In this document: piece by piece, positions 40,500-51,256 of the stretch | Numbering within the stretch: the first letter of the stretch is position 1 | How the letters are laid out: each line of letters opens with the position of its first letter | DNA from: Candidatus Poriferisocius sp. | GTDB taxonomy: Bacteria > Actinomycetota > Acidimicrobiia > Acidimicrobiales > Bin134 | DNA length: 64,000 bases | Assembly (NCBI RefSeq): GCF_965202595.1 | Contig: NZ_OZ241836.1 | Coordinates: 932,202-996,201, forward strand | Reading direction: 5' to 3' | Made by a program: the position numbers and the translations under genes | Notes under the pieces: generated by a model | What the model was told of the DNA's origin: nothing | Databases searched by the model: none | The model's input: only the letters and a program-made list of their open reading frames with translations

Positions 40500-41687
40500 A
40501 TGCGTGTTGAGCTGACCGACGACCAACTGGCGCTCCAGCAGGAGGTGCGGGGCTACTTCTCCCGCCTGATGACCGATGAGGTGCGCGAGAGGATTCGCCA
40601 CACCGAGACCGGGCCCAACGAGCACTACAAGGCCCTGATCCGCCGGATCGGTGGTGACGGCTGGCTGGGAGTGGGTTGGCCCACCGAGTACGGGGGCAAG
40701 GGGTTCACGCCCATCGAGCAGTACATCTTCTTCAACGAGTCCTGGGCCGCTCAGGTACCGGTTCCGTTTCTCACCATCAACACGGTGGGCCCGACCATCC
40801 GGGAATACGGCACCGACCGCCAGAAGGACTTCTTCCTGAAGAAGATCCTGGCCGGTGAGATGCATTTCTCCATCGGCTACTCCGAGCCCACCGCGGGCAC
40901 CGATCTGGCTGCGCTCAGGACCAGGGCGGTGCGTGACGGCGACGAGTGGATCATCAACGGCCAGAAGATGTTCACCAGCCTGGCCTACGATGCCGATTAC
41001 ATCTGGCTGGCCGCTCGCACCGATCCCGATGCCCCCGCTCACAAGGGCATAACCATGTTTTTGGTGCCCACCGATGATCCCGGCTTCGACATCCAGCCGT
41101 TCATCACCATGGGCAACAGCCATACCACCGCCACGTTCTACGACAACGTGCGGGTACCCGACTGGTTGCGGGTGGGCGAGGTGAACGGGGGCTGGGGACT
41201 GATCACCAACCAGCTCAACCACGAGAGGGTGTCGCTGTGCGCCTCCGGCGGCATCGCCAACCTGGTGGACCAGGCGGTGGAGTGGGCCCGCGAGGCCAAG
41301 CTGCCCGACGGCCGCCGGGTCATCGACCAGGAGTGGGTGCAGGTGAAGTTGGCCGAATGCCGGGCCCGGGTCGAGTTCCTCGACCTGTTGAACTGGAAGG
41401 TGGCCCACGACAGCACGGTGGGTGGCAACGTGAACCCCGCCCTGGCATCCACCGTCAAGGTGTGGGGCTCCGAGTCGATGCATCTCATCTACTCGGGGCT
41501 CACCGAGGTGGTGGGGGCCACCGGGCACCTGAAGAAGGGTTCCTCCCACGCCGACTTCTCCCACCGCATGGAGGAGTCCTACCGGGGCTGCTGGGTGTTG
41601 ACCTTCGGCGGCGGTACCAACGAGATCCAGCGCGACATCATTGGAATGGCAGGTTTGGGTCTGCCCCGCGAGAAGCGCCGCAAGTAG
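40500..41687 (+). CDS. Acyl-CoA dehydrogenase
   Basis: The start MRVELTDDQLALQQEVRGYF is at 40500. The sequence also has ...YSEPTAGTDLAAL... and ...GGTNEIQRDIIG... Confidence 0.9.
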   Translation: MRVELTDDQLALQQEVRGYFSRLMTDEVRERIRHTETGPNEHYKALIRRIGGDGWLGVGWPTEYGGKGFTPIEQYIFFNESWAAQVPVPFLTINTVGPTIREYGTDRQKDFFLKKILAGEMHFSIGYSEPTAGTDLAALRTRAVRDGDEWIINGQKMFTSLAYDADYIWLAARTDPDAPAHKGITMFLVPTDDPGFDIQPFITMGNSHTTATFYDNVRVPDWLRVGEVNGGWGLITNQLNHERVSLCASGGIANLVDQAVEWAREAKLPDGRRVIDQEWVQVKLAECRARVEFLDLLNWKVAHDSTVGGNVNPALASTVKVWGSESMHLIYSGLTEVVGATGHLKKGSSHADFSHRMEESYRGCWVLTFGGGTNEIQRDIIGMAGLGLPREKRRK

Positions 41688-41715
41688 GGCCGGGGAGCAC
41701 TAGCCCAAAGGAGCA

Positions 41716-42831
41716 TTGGCCATGGATTTCACTTTGACCGAGGAGCAGCAGGCGGTGGCCGATCTGGCCAACCGGATCATGGGTGACCGGATCGACATGG
41801 AGAGGCTGGCGGCCGTTGAGACAGCAGGAGGATGGTTCGACCGGGATGTCTACGGCGAGCTGGCCGCGGCCGGGCTGGTGGGTATCGCCCTGGGTACCGA
41901 TGTGGGCGGAGGAGGGCTCGATCTGATCGCCGCCGGCCAGGTGCTGGAGGCTCAAGGTCGCCATGTGGCCCCGGTACCGCTGTGGAGCGGGATGCTGGCG
42001 GCCATGGCGGTGGACGACTTCGGCACCCCCGAGCAACGCCGCCGGGAACTGCCCGGCTGTGCCGACGGGTCGAATGTGCTGACCGTGGGGCTCCAGGAGT
42101 ACCTGAACGACGATGTTGCCAATCCCATGGCCCGGGTGGTTGGCGGCAAGCTGGTGGGCACCAAGGAGGTGGTGGAGTTCGCCGCCGAGTCGTCGAGGAT
42201 CGTGGTGGTGGCGGGCCTCGACGATGGCACCGACAACGGCACCATCAGCGGCACCGGGCTGTTCATGGCCGACCTGTCCGACCCGGCGGTGACGATGGAG
42301 GCGGGTATTTCCACCCGGCACCAGCCCGTGCACCAGGTGAGCTTTTACGGAGCCCCTTGCGAACCTCTGGGACCGGCCGACGGGGCTTCGGCAAGATGGC
42401 TGGCCGACTGGGCGGTGGCTCTGCTGTGCGCCACCCAGGTGGGCGTGGTGGACCGGGCTCTGCGCCTGGCTGCCGAGTACACGTCGGAGCGCGAGCAGTT
42501 CGGCCGGCCGGTGGCCACCTTCCAGGCGGTCACCCAGCGCCTCGCCGACCAGTTCATGCACGTCGAAGCGGTGCGGTTGTGCACCTATGCCGCCCTTTAC
42601 GACCTGGCCAACGGTAACGATGCCTCGCTACGGCTGCCCATAGCCAAGTGGTACGCCTCCCACTGGGCCCACGATGTGGCCCATGCCACCCAGCACGTCC
42701 ACGGGGGAATGGGAGTGAGCATCGACTACCCCCTCCACCGCTACACGCTGTGGAACAAGCACATCGAATGCAGCCTGGGGGCCGGCACCCAGCAGCTTCG
42801 CACCCTGGGGGCGCGCCTGGCCGCTGGATGA
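41716..42831 (+). CDS. Acyl-CoA dehydrogenase family protein
   Basis: MAMDFTLTEEQQAVADL... and ...EREQFGRPVATFQAV... Confidence 0.8.
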   Translation: MAMDFTLTEEQQAVADLANRIMGDRIDMERLAAVETAGGWFDRDVYGELAAAGLVGIALGTDVGGGGLDLIAAGQVLEAQGRHVAPVPLWSGMLAAMAVDDFGTPEQRRRELPGCADGSNVLTVGLQEYLNDDVANPMARVVGGKLVGTKEVVEFAAESSRIVVVAGLDDGTDNGTISGTGLFMADLSDPAVTMEAGISTRHQPVHQVSFYGAPCEPLGPADGASARWLADWAVALLCATQVGVVDRALRLAAEYTSEREQFGRPVATFQAVTQRLADQFMHVEAVRLCTYAALYDLANGNDASLRLPIAKWYASHWAHDVAHATQHVHGGMGVSIDYPLHRYTLWNKHIECSLGAGTQQLRTLGARLAAG

Positions 42832-42932
42832 AGCCAGGCACCCTGGGGGCGTGCCTGGCCGCCGGATGAAGCACCCTGGGGGCGCGCCTGGCCGCTGGAT
42901 GAAGCACCCTGGGGGCGCGCCTGGCCGCCGAG
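42801..42932. repeat. ~33-bp tandem repeat x4 duplicating the gene's 3' end and stop
   Basis: caccctgggggcgcgcctggccgctggatgaag is found at 42801, 42839, 42872 and 42905 (last copy partial). The unit encodes TLGARLAAG*. Confidence 0.9.
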
Positions 42933-42939
42933 GGGAACC

Positions 42940-43980
42940 TCAGTAGCCCCGGTCGGGGTCCACCACGTTCAGCAACGGTTCGCCCGCCAGGTAGCGTTCC
43001 AGGTTGTCGCAGAACAGTTCCAGCAGGGCCTCGTTGTATCCCTCCCGGGCGGTGGAGCAGTGGGGCGACAGGTACATGTTGGGGGCATCCCACAGCGGGC
43101 TGCTCGCCGGCAGAGGCTCCTCGCGGGTGACATCCAGCACGGCAGCCCCCAGGTGGCCCGATTCCAGGGCTTCCACCAGGGCGGTTTCGTCGATGATGGA
43201 TCCCCGCCCCACGTTCGCAACCACCGCCCCGGGTTTGAGCCGGGCCAGGCGTTCGGTGTCGAACAGGTCGATGGTCTCGGGGGTCTGGGGGGCGCACAGC
43301 ACCACCGCATCGCAGCGGGCCAGCATCTCATCCAGCCCATCGGGGCCGTAGATCTCGTCGGCATCGGGGTCGGTGTCGCCCGGCCGGGCCGAGCGGCGGT
43401 TGGCCAGCACCGTCATCTCGAAGGCCCGGGCCCGCCGGGCCACGTCCCGGCCGATGGCTCCCAGCCCGACTATGCCGATGCTCCGGCCCTTCACCAGCAG
43501 GCCCTGGTGCATCCGCCAATCGCGGTCGCGTTGCTGGCGCTCCAGCACCCGTATGTCCTTCCACACCTCCAGCAGCCGGCCGATCACGAACTCGGCGATA
43601 GGAACGGAAGCCACCCCGGCGGCGTTGGTCAACATGATGTTCTTGGCGTGCAGCTCCTTGGGTTCAAGATGACCGATCCCCGCTCCGATTGCCTGCACCC
43701 AGCGCAGCCGGGTTGCCCAATCCCTTATGCCGGGGGGCAGGTCCAGGGCCATCAGCACATCGGCACCGGCGATCACCTTTCTTTGTGCCTCCGTCAGCAC
43801 CGGTGCGGTGGCCAGCAGATCCTCGGTGACCCGGCCCTTGGCCTTGGCATCTCGCAATCCGTGGGGATCCAGGTAGCCGATATTGTGGAACGCAACGGTG
43901 CCGAAGCGGCGCTCCAGACGCTCCAGTTCCGACTGGTCCATGTTCGGGGGAAACATCAACACCGCGCAGAGATCACTCAC
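42940..43980 (-). CDS. D-isomer-specific 2-hydroxyacid dehydrogenase (NAD-binding)
   Basis: ...GIVGLGAIGRDVARRA... and ...NVGRGSIIDE... Confidence 0.85.
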   Translation of the reverse strand: MSDLCAVLMFPPNMDQSELERLERRFGTVAFHNIGYLDPHGLRDAKAKGRVTEDLLATAPVLTEAQRKVIAGADVLMALDLPPGIRDWATRLRWVQAIGAGIGHLEPKELHAKNIMLTNAAGVASVPIAEFVIGRLLEVWKDIRVLERQQRDRDWRMHQGLLVKGRSIGIVGLGAIGRDVARRARAFEMTVLANRRSARPGDTDPDADEIYGPDGLDEMLARCDAVVLCAPQTPETIDLFDTERLARLKPGAVVANVGRGSIIDETALVEALESGHLGAAVLDVTREEPLPASSPLWDAPNMYLSPHCSTAREGYNEALLELFCDNLERYLAGEPLLNVVDPDRGY

Positions 43981-44151
43981 CGCTAAAACCTACTTCCCGA
44001 ACTGCGGGGCCGGATTCGAGGGACAAACCTTCCGGATCACTCACCGCTAGAACCCTAGTACTCCCGGCTCGTGACCGCGATCAACCATGGGGGAGGCGGG
44101 GGCCCGCAACTGTTTCGGCCTAGTACTCCTGGCCAATAACCGCGGTCAACC
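43971..44151. repeat. Degenerate ~63-bp tandem repeat (about 3 copies) beginning on the gene's start codon
   Basis: gatcactcaccgcta is found at 43971 and 44034. ctagtactcc.ggc...accgcg.tcaacca is found at 44055 and 44119. Confidence 0.75.
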
Positions 44152-44187
44152 AAGGTTCTGGTGGCACGGAGGTTGTAGGTTCGTTAC

Positions 44188-45078
44188 ATGGAAACTTTCG
44201 AGGGCAAAGCGGCGGTTATCACGGGCGGAGCCAGTGGGATGGGCCGGGCCATGGCCGAGCGGTTCGGCGCGGCCGGTGCCCGCATCATGATTGCTGATGT
44301 GGAGGGCCCCGCCATGGATGCTGCCGTGGCCGAGTTGAACCAGGCCGGCATCGACGCGGTGGGCGTGCTCACCGACGTGAGTTCGGAGCGCGACATGGAC
44401 GAGCTGGCCACCGCCGCCCTGTCCCGGTTCGGGCAGGTGAACGTGGTTTGCAACAACGCCGGGGTGGGCGGCGGCGGATTGATGGACGAGCTCACCACCG
44501 CCGACTGGGAGTGGATTCTCGGGGTGAACCTGTGGGGGGTGATTCACGGCATCCGGGTGTTCCTGCCCCACCTGCTGGAGCATGGTGACGGCCATATCAT
44601 CAACACCGGTTCGGTTGCCGGTCACACGTCGTATCCCAACATCGGCCCCTACAACGCCTCCAAGCACGCCGTGGTGACCATTTCCGAGACCCTTTACAGC
44701 GAGCTTCAGGATCGGGGGTCGCCGGTGGGGGTGTCGGTTCTGTGCCCGGGCCTGGTGAAGACCAACATCATCAACTCCGAGCGGAACCGCCCCGAAACTC
44801 TGCGCTCACCGATCATTCCCCCCGACCCCACCGCCGCCGACGAGGAGCGGATCCAGATGATGCTGGCCATTTACGAGGACGCGGTGAAGCCGCCCGAGGT
44901 GGCCGAACTGGTGTACCGGGCGGTGCTCAACCAGCAGTTCTACATCTGGACCGACTACGTGTACGCCGAGGCCATCATGCAGCGCCACGAGGACATCCGA
45001 TTGGGCCGCAACCCCAGCCGCCGCCACCAGCTCATCGAGGAGGACCAAACCGTCAAGGGCCCGCCTCAAGGGGCCTGA
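44188..45078 (+). CDS. SDR family oxidoreductase
   Basis: AAVITGGASGMGRA and YNASKHAV. Confidence 0.85.
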   Translation: METFEGKAAVITGGASGMGRAMAERFGAAGARIMIADVEGPAMDAAVAELNQAGIDAVGVLTDVSSERDMDELATAALSRFGQVNVVCNNAGVGGGGLMDELTTADWEWILGVNLWGVIHGIRVFLPHLLEHGDGHIINTGSVAGHTSYPNIGPYNASKHAVVTISETLYSELQDRGSPVGVSVLCPGLVKTNIINSERNRPETLRSPIIPPDPTAADEERIQMMLAIYEDAVKPPEVAELVYRAVLNQQFYIWTDYVYAEAIMQRHEDIRLGRNPSRRHQLIEEDQTVKGPPQGA

Positions 45079-45099
45079 GCTAACCCAGGTTGAAAACCA

Positions 45100-46458
45100 A
45101 TGGTGGAACACTTCGATTTGGTGGTGGTGGGTACCGGCTCGGGCAACAGCGTACTGACCCCCGATTTCGACGGCTGGCGGGTGGCGCTGATCGAACGGGA
45201 CACCTTCGGCGGCACCTGCCTCAACCGGGGTTGCATACCCTCCAAGATGTTCGTTTACGCCGCCGATGTTGCCCATCAGGCCGGTCGTACCGGCCATCTG
45301 GGGGTGGATACCTCGCTTGTGGGGGTGCGCTGGGGTGAGATGGTCGGCCGGGTGTTCGGGCGCATCGACCCCATCGCCCGGGGCGGCGAGGACTACCGCC
45401 ACAGCCTGGACAACGTCACCGTGTTCAAGGGCGATGCCCGTTTCGTCGGCCACAAGGTGCTGGAGGTGGGTGGGCGGCGGATAACCGGGGATCACATCGT
45501 GCTGGCGGCTGGGGCCCGGCCGTTCATCCCGCCGATTCCCGGCCTGGAGCAGGTTCCCTACCACACCTCCGACACTGTCATGCGTCTGGAGGCGCTGCCC
45601 GAGCGGTTGGTGATCCTGGGAGGGGGCTACATCGCTGCTGAGTTGGGCCACGTTTTCGATGCCATGGGGGTGTCGGTGTCGATCGTCAACCGATCAAAGC
45701 GGCTGCTGCGGGCCGCCGATGAGGACGTGTCGGCAACGTTCACCGAGATCGTGGCCGGACGCATGGATTGCGCGCTGGGTTCACCCATCGTTGAGGTAAC
45801 CAGAGCCAAAGCGGGTATCAAGGTGCGCACGGAGGCCCGTGACGTGATCGGCGATTTGTTGCTGGTGGCCACCGGTAGGGTGCCCAACGGCGAGCAGTTG
45901 GGGGTGACCCGTTCGGGGGTGGAGTTGGATCGCGCCGGCTACGTGGTGACCGATGAGTTCTGCCGCACCGGTGTCGAGGGGGTTTGGGCGCTGGGCGATA
46001 TCTGCCACTCCGCCCAGCTCAAGCACACCGCCAACGAGGACACCCGGGCCGTGGCCCACAACATCGCCCATCCCGACGATCTGCGCCGCCCCGACCACTC
46101 CGGCATACCCCACGCGGTGTTCGCCCACCCGCAAGTGGCCGCGGTTGGTGCCACCGAACAGGCCCTGCGAGCCGGCAATCAGCCCTACGTGAAAGCGGTT
46201 CGCCCCTACGGCGATACCGCCTACGGGTGGGCCATGGAGGACACCACCAGCTTTGTCAAGGTTCTGGCCGATCCTGCCACCCGCCTGCTGCTGGGAGCCC
46301 ACATCATCGGCCCCCAGGCTCCCACCCTCATCCAGCAGCTAATCCAGGGCCGCCAGTTCGGCCTCACCACCGATCAGATGGCCCGGGGCCAGCTCTACAT
46401 CCACCCCGCTCTCACCGAAGTGGTCGAACAAGCCCTCCTCGACCTGCCCTATCCGTAA
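45100..46458 (+). CDS. mtr: Mycothione reductase-like FAD/NAD(P) disulfide oxidoreductase
   Basis: FDLVVVGTGSGNS...FGGTCLNRGCIPSKMFVYAADVA closely follows the N-terminus I recall for mycobacterial Mtr. Confidence 0.75.
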   Translation: MVEHFDLVVVGTGSGNSVLTPDFDGWRVALIERDTFGGTCLNRGCIPSKMFVYAADVAHQAGRTGHLGVDTSLVGVRWGEMVGRVFGRIDPIARGGEDYRHSLDNVTVFKGDARFVGHKVLEVGGRRITGDHIVLAAGARPFIPPIPGLEQVPYHTSDTVMRLEALPERLVILGGGYIAAELGHVFDAMGVSVSIVNRSKRLLRAADEDVSATFTEIVAGRMDCALGSPIVEVTRAKAGIKVRTEARDVIGDLLLVATGRVPNGEQLGVTRSGVELDRAGYVVTDEFCRTGVEGVWALGDICHSAQLKHTANEDTRAVAHNIAHPDDLRRPDHSGIPHAVFAHPQVAAVGATEQALRAGNQPYVKAVRPYGDTAYGWAMEDTTSFVKVLADPATRLLLGAHIIGPQAPTLIQQLIQGRQFGLTTDQMARGQLYIHPALTEVVEQALLDLPYP

Positions 46459-46712
46459 ACAACCAGAGTGCTTCCCACCAATTGTCACTGCTGGTGCCTA
46501 CGCATCTAGTGCGGGGTGCGGATCAGCTAAAAAGGAACCTCACCTCCGTTTCTTGCGGGGCTCGTCGCCCCGGGTCCATGACAGCGATACGCCCCCGTCG
46601 CGGGCCGCGACATCGAGGTTGATCGGCGCGTCTACCGACACAGCCACAACCCCTTCACCGGAAGAGCCCCCCGCCCCCCCGAACAAGTCAAGCCAAGCGC
46701 GAGTTCACATCC

Positions 46713-47492
46713 TCACTTGGGCGGGGCGTAGATGGTGACGCGGTGGATGCGGCGGTGGTCGTTGCCGTAGTCGTTCAGGGCGTAGTGCATGGTGCAGCGG
46801 TTGTCCCATAACGCAGCATCGCCGGTGCTCCATCGCCACCGGACGGTGTATTCGGGCTGTTCCATGTGGTCGCACAGCAGCTTCAGCAGGTGGCTGCTCT
46901 CCAGGTTGCTCAGCCCGTTCAGGCGGGATGTCCAACCCCGGTTCACGAACAACACCCGCTTTCCGGTGTCGGGGTGGATCGTTACCACCGGGTGATCGGT
47001 GAAATCGGTCAGTCCTGCCCTTCCGTGGCAGGCGGTTAGGTTTTCTACGGTTGCTTTTATGGGAGACGACAGGCCCTCGTAGGCGGCCTGGGTGTTGGCC
47101 CACATGGTGTCTCCTCCACTGGGTGGCGACACTTTCATCGACAGCAATGACCCCAGCGGCGGGTTGCGGGCGAATGTCACGTCGGTGTGCCAGAAGTTGG
47201 CCCGGGAATGCTGGTCGGAGCTGTCCAGCACCAGTATCTTGCCCTCGTCGTCCACGGTCTCGTGCCGGCGATGGTCGGTGTCGTCGTTGCTGACCGCAGA
47301 CAGATCACCGAATATCGAACCAAGGGCCACGTGCTGCTCGTCGCTCAGGTGGATCCCGGGGAAGAACAGCACCTTGTGGGCCCAGAACGCCTCTCGCAGC
47401 TCGGCCACCGTGTTCTCATCGAGCCGGTTCGCGTCCAGCCCCTCCACCGTGGCCCCCAGAGCCGCCGGCAGCGCTTTCACTCGGATGCTCAT
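46713..47492 (-). CDS. TauD/TfdA family Fe(II)/2-oxoglutarate dioxygenase
   Basis: ...NFWHTDVTF... (HxD) and a distal His in ...HYALNDY.../...HRVT... Confidence 0.8.
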   Translation of the reverse strand: MSIRVKALPAALGATVEGLDANRLDENTVAELREAFWAHKVLFFPGIHLSDEQHVALGSIFGDLSAVSNDDTDHRRHETVDDEGKILVLDSSDQHSRANFWHTDVTFARNPPLGSLLSMKVSPPSGGDTMWANTQAAYEGLSSPIKATVENLTACHGRAGLTDFTDHPVVTIHPDTGKRVLFVNRGWTSRLNGLSNLESSHLLKLLCDHMEQPEYTVRWRWSTGDAALWDNRCTMHYALNDYGNDHRRIHRVTIYAPPK

Positions 47493-47504
47493 GGTCCTAT
47501 CGTT

Positions 47505-49022
47505 TCAGGTGAAGCGCCGGCGGAGGCGGAACTTTTCGACTTTGCCGTTGCCGGTGCGGGGGAGTTCGTGGATGGTCTCGATAGTGGTGGGTACCTTGTA
47601 GGGGGCCAGGATGCCTTGGGTGTGGGTTCGCAGGTTGTCCTCGGTCGGAAGCTCGCAGCCGTCGGCCAGCACTATGAACGCGGCCACCGTCTCGCCCAGA
47701 ACCGGGTCGGGGCGGGCCACAACCGCCACATCGGCCACCGCCGGGTGGGTGCGCAGCGCGGTCTCCACCTCGATGGTGGACAGGTTCTCCCCGCCCCGGC
47801 GCACGATGTCCTTCTGGCGGTCCACGAAATACAGGTAGCCGTCACTGTCCATGTAGCCCAGGTCGCCGGTACGGAACCAGTCACCCGCCACCGCGGCGCC
47901 GGTGGCTTCGGCATCCTCGAGGTAGCCGTTGAACCCGATGCTGGAGCGCAAGAAGCAGATCTCCCCCGGCTCTCCCACCGGTGCCTCACGGCCGTCGGGC
48001 AGGAAGATCCTCAGCACCGATCCCTCGAAGGGTTTGCCCACCGAACCGGGGCGACGGGCCTCGTCCAGGCGGGTGTAGGTGCCCGATCCGGCCTCGGTCA
48101 TGCCGTACCAGTCCATGCACGGCACGCCGTAGCGCTCCTCTATCTGGTCGATGATCGGGGCGCATCCCAGAGGGATCATCACCCGAAGCGAGTGCGACTT
48201 CTCGTACGGGCCGGGGGGCAGGGTCATCAAGATGTTCACGATGGGCACCAGCGTGAGGAAGTAGGTGGGGCGGTACAGGTCCACCAGCGACCAGAACCGC
48301 GATGCCGAGAACTTCCTTTGCATCACCACGCTGGCCCCCCGACTCAAAGCCGACATGGCCCCACCCATGGCGTTGCCGTGGAACAGTGGGGTCACCACCA
48401 ACGACCGATCGGTGTGGCTGAGGCCGAACATCTCCTCGTAGGGCACCGCCCCGCCGGAGAACAACTCCGGGCTCATGGGCACGGCCTTGGGTCGTCCGGT
48501 GGTGGTGCCCGACGTGTAGAGCACGTTGCCCTCCACGAACCCATCCACCGGGGGTAGATCCAGACCCGCACCCTCGGGGGCATCGTGGATTAGGTCGGCC
48601 AGCCACAAGGCTCCGTCCACCGGCTCGTCCACGCTGACCACCGCATCCACCCAGTCCATGCACGCGGTCACCGCCAGAGCCCGCTCGGCCCGCTCGGCCT
48701 CGGTGAACACCAGGCTGCACCGGGAGTGGCCGAGCACGAACTCCAGCTCGGGGTCGGACCACTCCGGGTTGATCGGCACGCCGGCCACACCGACGGCCTG
48801 CATCCCAAGCTGACACTCGATGTACTCCGGGCGGTTCCGCATCCATAGGCAGGCACGATCCCCCAGCCCCAAACCGAAACGGTTCTGCAACTGGTGGGCG
48901 ATGGCTCCCCCGCGAGCGGCCAGCTCCCGGTAGGTGCGGTGGCCGTCCTGCTCGGTGAGCAGGGCCAGCTTTTCGGGCCAGGTGTTGCTGAAATCCCGAA
49001 CCACGTCATAAAGGGTTGGCAT
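47505..49022 (-). CDS. AMP-dependent acyl-CoA synthetase/ligase
   Basis: AMP-binding motif [13 protein letters not shown], plus ...[21 protein letters not shown]... I prefer the start MPTLYDVV. Confidence 0.85.
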   Translation of the reverse strand: MPTLYDVVRDFSNTWPEKLALLTEQDGHRTYRELAARGGAIAHQLQNRFGLGLGDRACLWMRNRPEYIECQLGMQAVGVAGVPINPEWSDPELEFVLGHSRCSLVFTEAERAERALAVTACMDWVDAVVSVDEPVDGALWLADLIHDAPEGAGLDLPPVDGFVEGNVLYTSGTTTGRPKAVPMSPELFSGGAVPYEEMFGLSHTDRSLVVTPLFHGNAMGGAMSALSRGASVVMQRKFSASRFWSLVDLYRPTYFLTLVPIVNILMTLPPGPYEKSHSLRVMIPLGCAPIIDQIEERYGVPCMDWYGMTEAGSGTYTRLDEARRPGSVGKPFEGSVLRIFLPDGREAPVGEPGEICFLRSSIGFNGYLEDAEATGAAVAGDWFRTGDLGYMDSDGYLYFVDRQKDIVRRGGENLSTIEVETALRTHPAVADVAVVARPDPVLGETVAAFIVLADGCELPTEDNLRTHTQGILAPYKVPTTIETIHELPRTGNGKVEKFRLRRRFT

Positions 49023-49137
49023 CGCCGGCCAGCTTAATCCTTTGAGCTGCACCCTTCGTTTAGTTCCTTGTTGGGTGTTTGATCATTGCCGTTGTGGTGC
49101 TGGCCACGTCGGCTGCGCTCTTCGTCTCGATGCGGGG

Positions 49138-49920
49138 TCAAGTCACCACGTCGGCAGCGCCGCCGTCGATGCGCAGGTGGGCTCCGTTGATCTGGCGAGC
49201 CCGGTCGCTGCACACGAAGGTCACCAGCTCCCCCACATCGGAAACGGTGGCTATGTGGCCGGTGAGCGTGGGCATCTGCACGCTGGTCACGTGGCGTTCG
49301 ATGTCGCCCCAATCGGTGGAGCGACCCTCCCGCTCGGCCTGGCTGCTCCACATCTCCACCAGCTCGGGGGTGGCGATGACTCCGGGACTGACGCAGTTCA
49401 CCGTCACCCCGGTGCCGGCCAGTTCCCGGGCCAGGCTCACGGTCATGGCCGGCAGAGCACCCTTGGCCGCGTAGTAACCCGGGATGCGGTCACCGGGTCG
49501 GGTGGCTCCAATGGTGGATACCAGCACGATCCGCCCCCAACCCCGATCCCGCATGGCCGGAACCAGGAGGCGGGTCATCCGCACCGCAGTCAAAACATTG
49601 CGGTTGTAGGCATCCATCCAAACCTCGGCACCGTCATCTCCCCAGTTACCGCCCACCGCAACTCCGTAGTTGTTCACCAAGATGTCAACCGGGCCGCACT
49701 GTTTGGCCACCCGTTCCGCTCCCTCATCGGTGCAGATGTCGCCCCACACCGCACGGGCGGGAGCCCCCAACTCCTCGATCAGCCCGCCGGCTTGGCCTGG
49801 CTCGAAACCGTGAACCACAACCTCTGCACCTTCGGCGGCCAGAACCCGGGCTATCCCGCTGCCCGTCCCCCGGTAGCTGCCCGTCACCAGCGCAACCCGT
49901 CCCACCAGATTCAGATCCAT
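49138..49920 (-). CDS. SDR family oxidoreductase
   Basis: [24 protein letters not shown] and YYAAKGAL. The track ORF extends to 50106 through an in-frame 60-bp repeat array. Confidence 0.85.
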   Translation of the reverse strand: MDLNLVGRVALVTGSYRGTGSGIARVLAAEGAEVVVHGFEPGQAGGLIEELGAPARAVWGDICTDEGAERVAKQCGPVDILVNNYGVAVGGNWGDDGAEVWMDAYNRNVLTAVRMTRLLVPAMRDRGWGRIVLVSTIGATRPGDRIPGYYAAKGALPAMTVSLARELAGTGVTVNCVSPGVIATPELVEMWSSQAEREGRSTDWGDIERHVTSVQMPTLTGHIATVSDVGELVTFVCSDRARQINGAHLRIDGGAADVVT

Positions 49921-49967
49921 CCGCTCATGCTGGCACAGTGCAGGCGCTTGTGGCGGGATGCAGTTAT

Positions 49968-50120
49968 GCCACAAGCGGCCAGGCGGGCCCATCTTCGGAG
50001 GTTCTTTGGATGGGTTGCGGTGTCGATACCACAAACGGCCAGGTGGGCCCATCTTCAGAGGTTCTTTGGATGGGTTGCGGTGTCGATGCCACAAGCGGCC
50101 AGGCACCAGGTGGGCCCAAC
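49968..50120. repeat. 60-bp tandem repeat (about 2.5 copies) in the divergent SDR/aroC intergenic region
   Basis: The unit gccacaagcggccaggcgggcccatcttcggaggttctttggatgggttgcggtgtcgat is found at 49968 and 50028, with a partial copy at 50088. Confidence 0.9.
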
Positions 50121-50142
50121 CCTCGTACTACCCTGGTTGGCG

Positions 50143-51246
50143 ATGAGCAGTTCGACGGGAAGGTTGTTTCGGGTCACAACCTTTGGTGAATCGCACGGCG
50201 GGGGCATAGGCGTTGTGGTGGACGGATGCCCACCCCGTCTGGAGCTGGACGCGGCAATGATCCAGCACGACCTGGACCGCCGCCGCCCCGGTCAGAGCCG
50301 CCTCACCACGCAACGAGATGAAGCCGACCGGGTGGAGATCCTCTCCGGGGTATTCGAGGGCCGGACACTGGGCTCACCCATAGCCCTTCTGGTAAGAAAC
50401 TCCGATGCCAACCCCGGTGCCTACGAGCATCTCAAGGACGTTTACCGACCCTCGCACGCCGACTACACCACCGAAGCCAAGTACGGCATCCGCAACTGGC
50501 AAGGGGGAGGCCGGGCCAGCGCCCGGGAGACCATAGGCCGGGTTGCCGCCGGAGCCATTGCCCGCCAACTCCTGCGCGCCGCAGCCGGCATCGAGGTTCT
50601 GGGGTGGGTTCACCAGATCGGTCGGGTCACCGCCCCCGTGGACTCCACCAGCGTTACTTACGACCAGGTGGAAGCCCACCCCACTCGCTGCCCCTCCCCC
50701 GACCATGCCCAGGTCATGGCCGATGCGATAGAGGCGGCAAGGCGTGACGGCGACTCATTGGGAGGAGTGGTGCGCACCATCGCCCGGGGAGTGCCACCCG
50801 GCCTCGGGGCACCGGTGTTCGACAAGTTGGAAGCCGACCTGGCCAAAGCCGCCCTCTCGCTGCCGGCGGCCAAGGGGTTCGAGATCGGTTCGGGGTTTGC
50901 CGCTGCGGCCATGACCGGCCGGGAGCACAACGACCCCTTCACTCCCGGCCCCGATTCCCGGCCCCGAACCGCCTCCAATCATTCCGGCGGGGTGCAGGGC
51001 GGTATCAGCAACGGCGACGACATAGTGATCCAGGTTGCGTTCAAGCCCACCGCCACCATCGCCTCGGCCCAACGAACCGTGGACCGCCGAAACAACCCTG
51101 TCACCCTGTCGGCAAGAGGCCGCCACGACCCCTGCGTTCTTCCCCGCGCCGTGCCCATGGTGGAGGCGCAGATGTTGCTGGTGCTGGCCGACCACTGGCT
51201 GCGCCAGCAAGCCGTTGACGTGCTCGGATGTGAAGCCCAGAGCTGA
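50143..51246 (+). CDS. aroC: Chorismate synthase
   Basis: [31 protein letters not shown]... The upstream half of track ORF 49042-51246 is antisense to the SDR gene and is not part of aroC. Confidence 0.9.
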   Translation: MSSSTGRLFRVTTFGESHGGGIGVVVDGCPPRLELDAAMIQHDLDRRRPGQSRLTTQRDEADRVEILSGVFEGRTLGSPIALLVRNSDANPGAYEHLKDVYRPSHADYTTEAKYGIRNWQGGGRASARETIGRVAAGAIARQLLRAAAGIEVLGWVHQIGRVTAPVDSTSVTYDQVEAHPTRCPSPDHAQVMADAIEAARRDGDSLGGVVRTIARGVPPGLGAPVFDKLEADLAKAALSLPAAKGFEIGSGFAAAAMTGREHNDPFTPGPDSRPRTASNHSGGVQGGISNGDDIVIQVAFKPTATIASAQRTVDRRNNPVTLSARGRHDPCVLPRAVPMVEAQMLLVLADHWLRQQAVDVLGCEAQS

Positions 51247-51256
51247 TGTTTCTCCA

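Noticed and set aside
44168-44186. ggaggttgtaggttcgtt upstream of the SDR start as a further degenerate copy of repeat E
   Set aside because: Only the first 9 nt and a short tail match. The GGAGG here is plausibly just the ribosome-binding site for the ATG at 44188.
46459-46712. 254-bp convergent intergenic region, checked for an sRNA, terminator or tRNA
   Set aside because: It contains only a weak 6-bp GC hairpin (about 46554-46570) with no U-tract on either strand. No structured-RNA signature was recognised.
49042-50142. N-terminal half of the 734-aa track ORF 49042-51246
   Set aside because: It is antisense to the SDR gene and reads through the 60-bp repeats. Recognisable chorismate synthase sequence begins only at the ATG at 50143.
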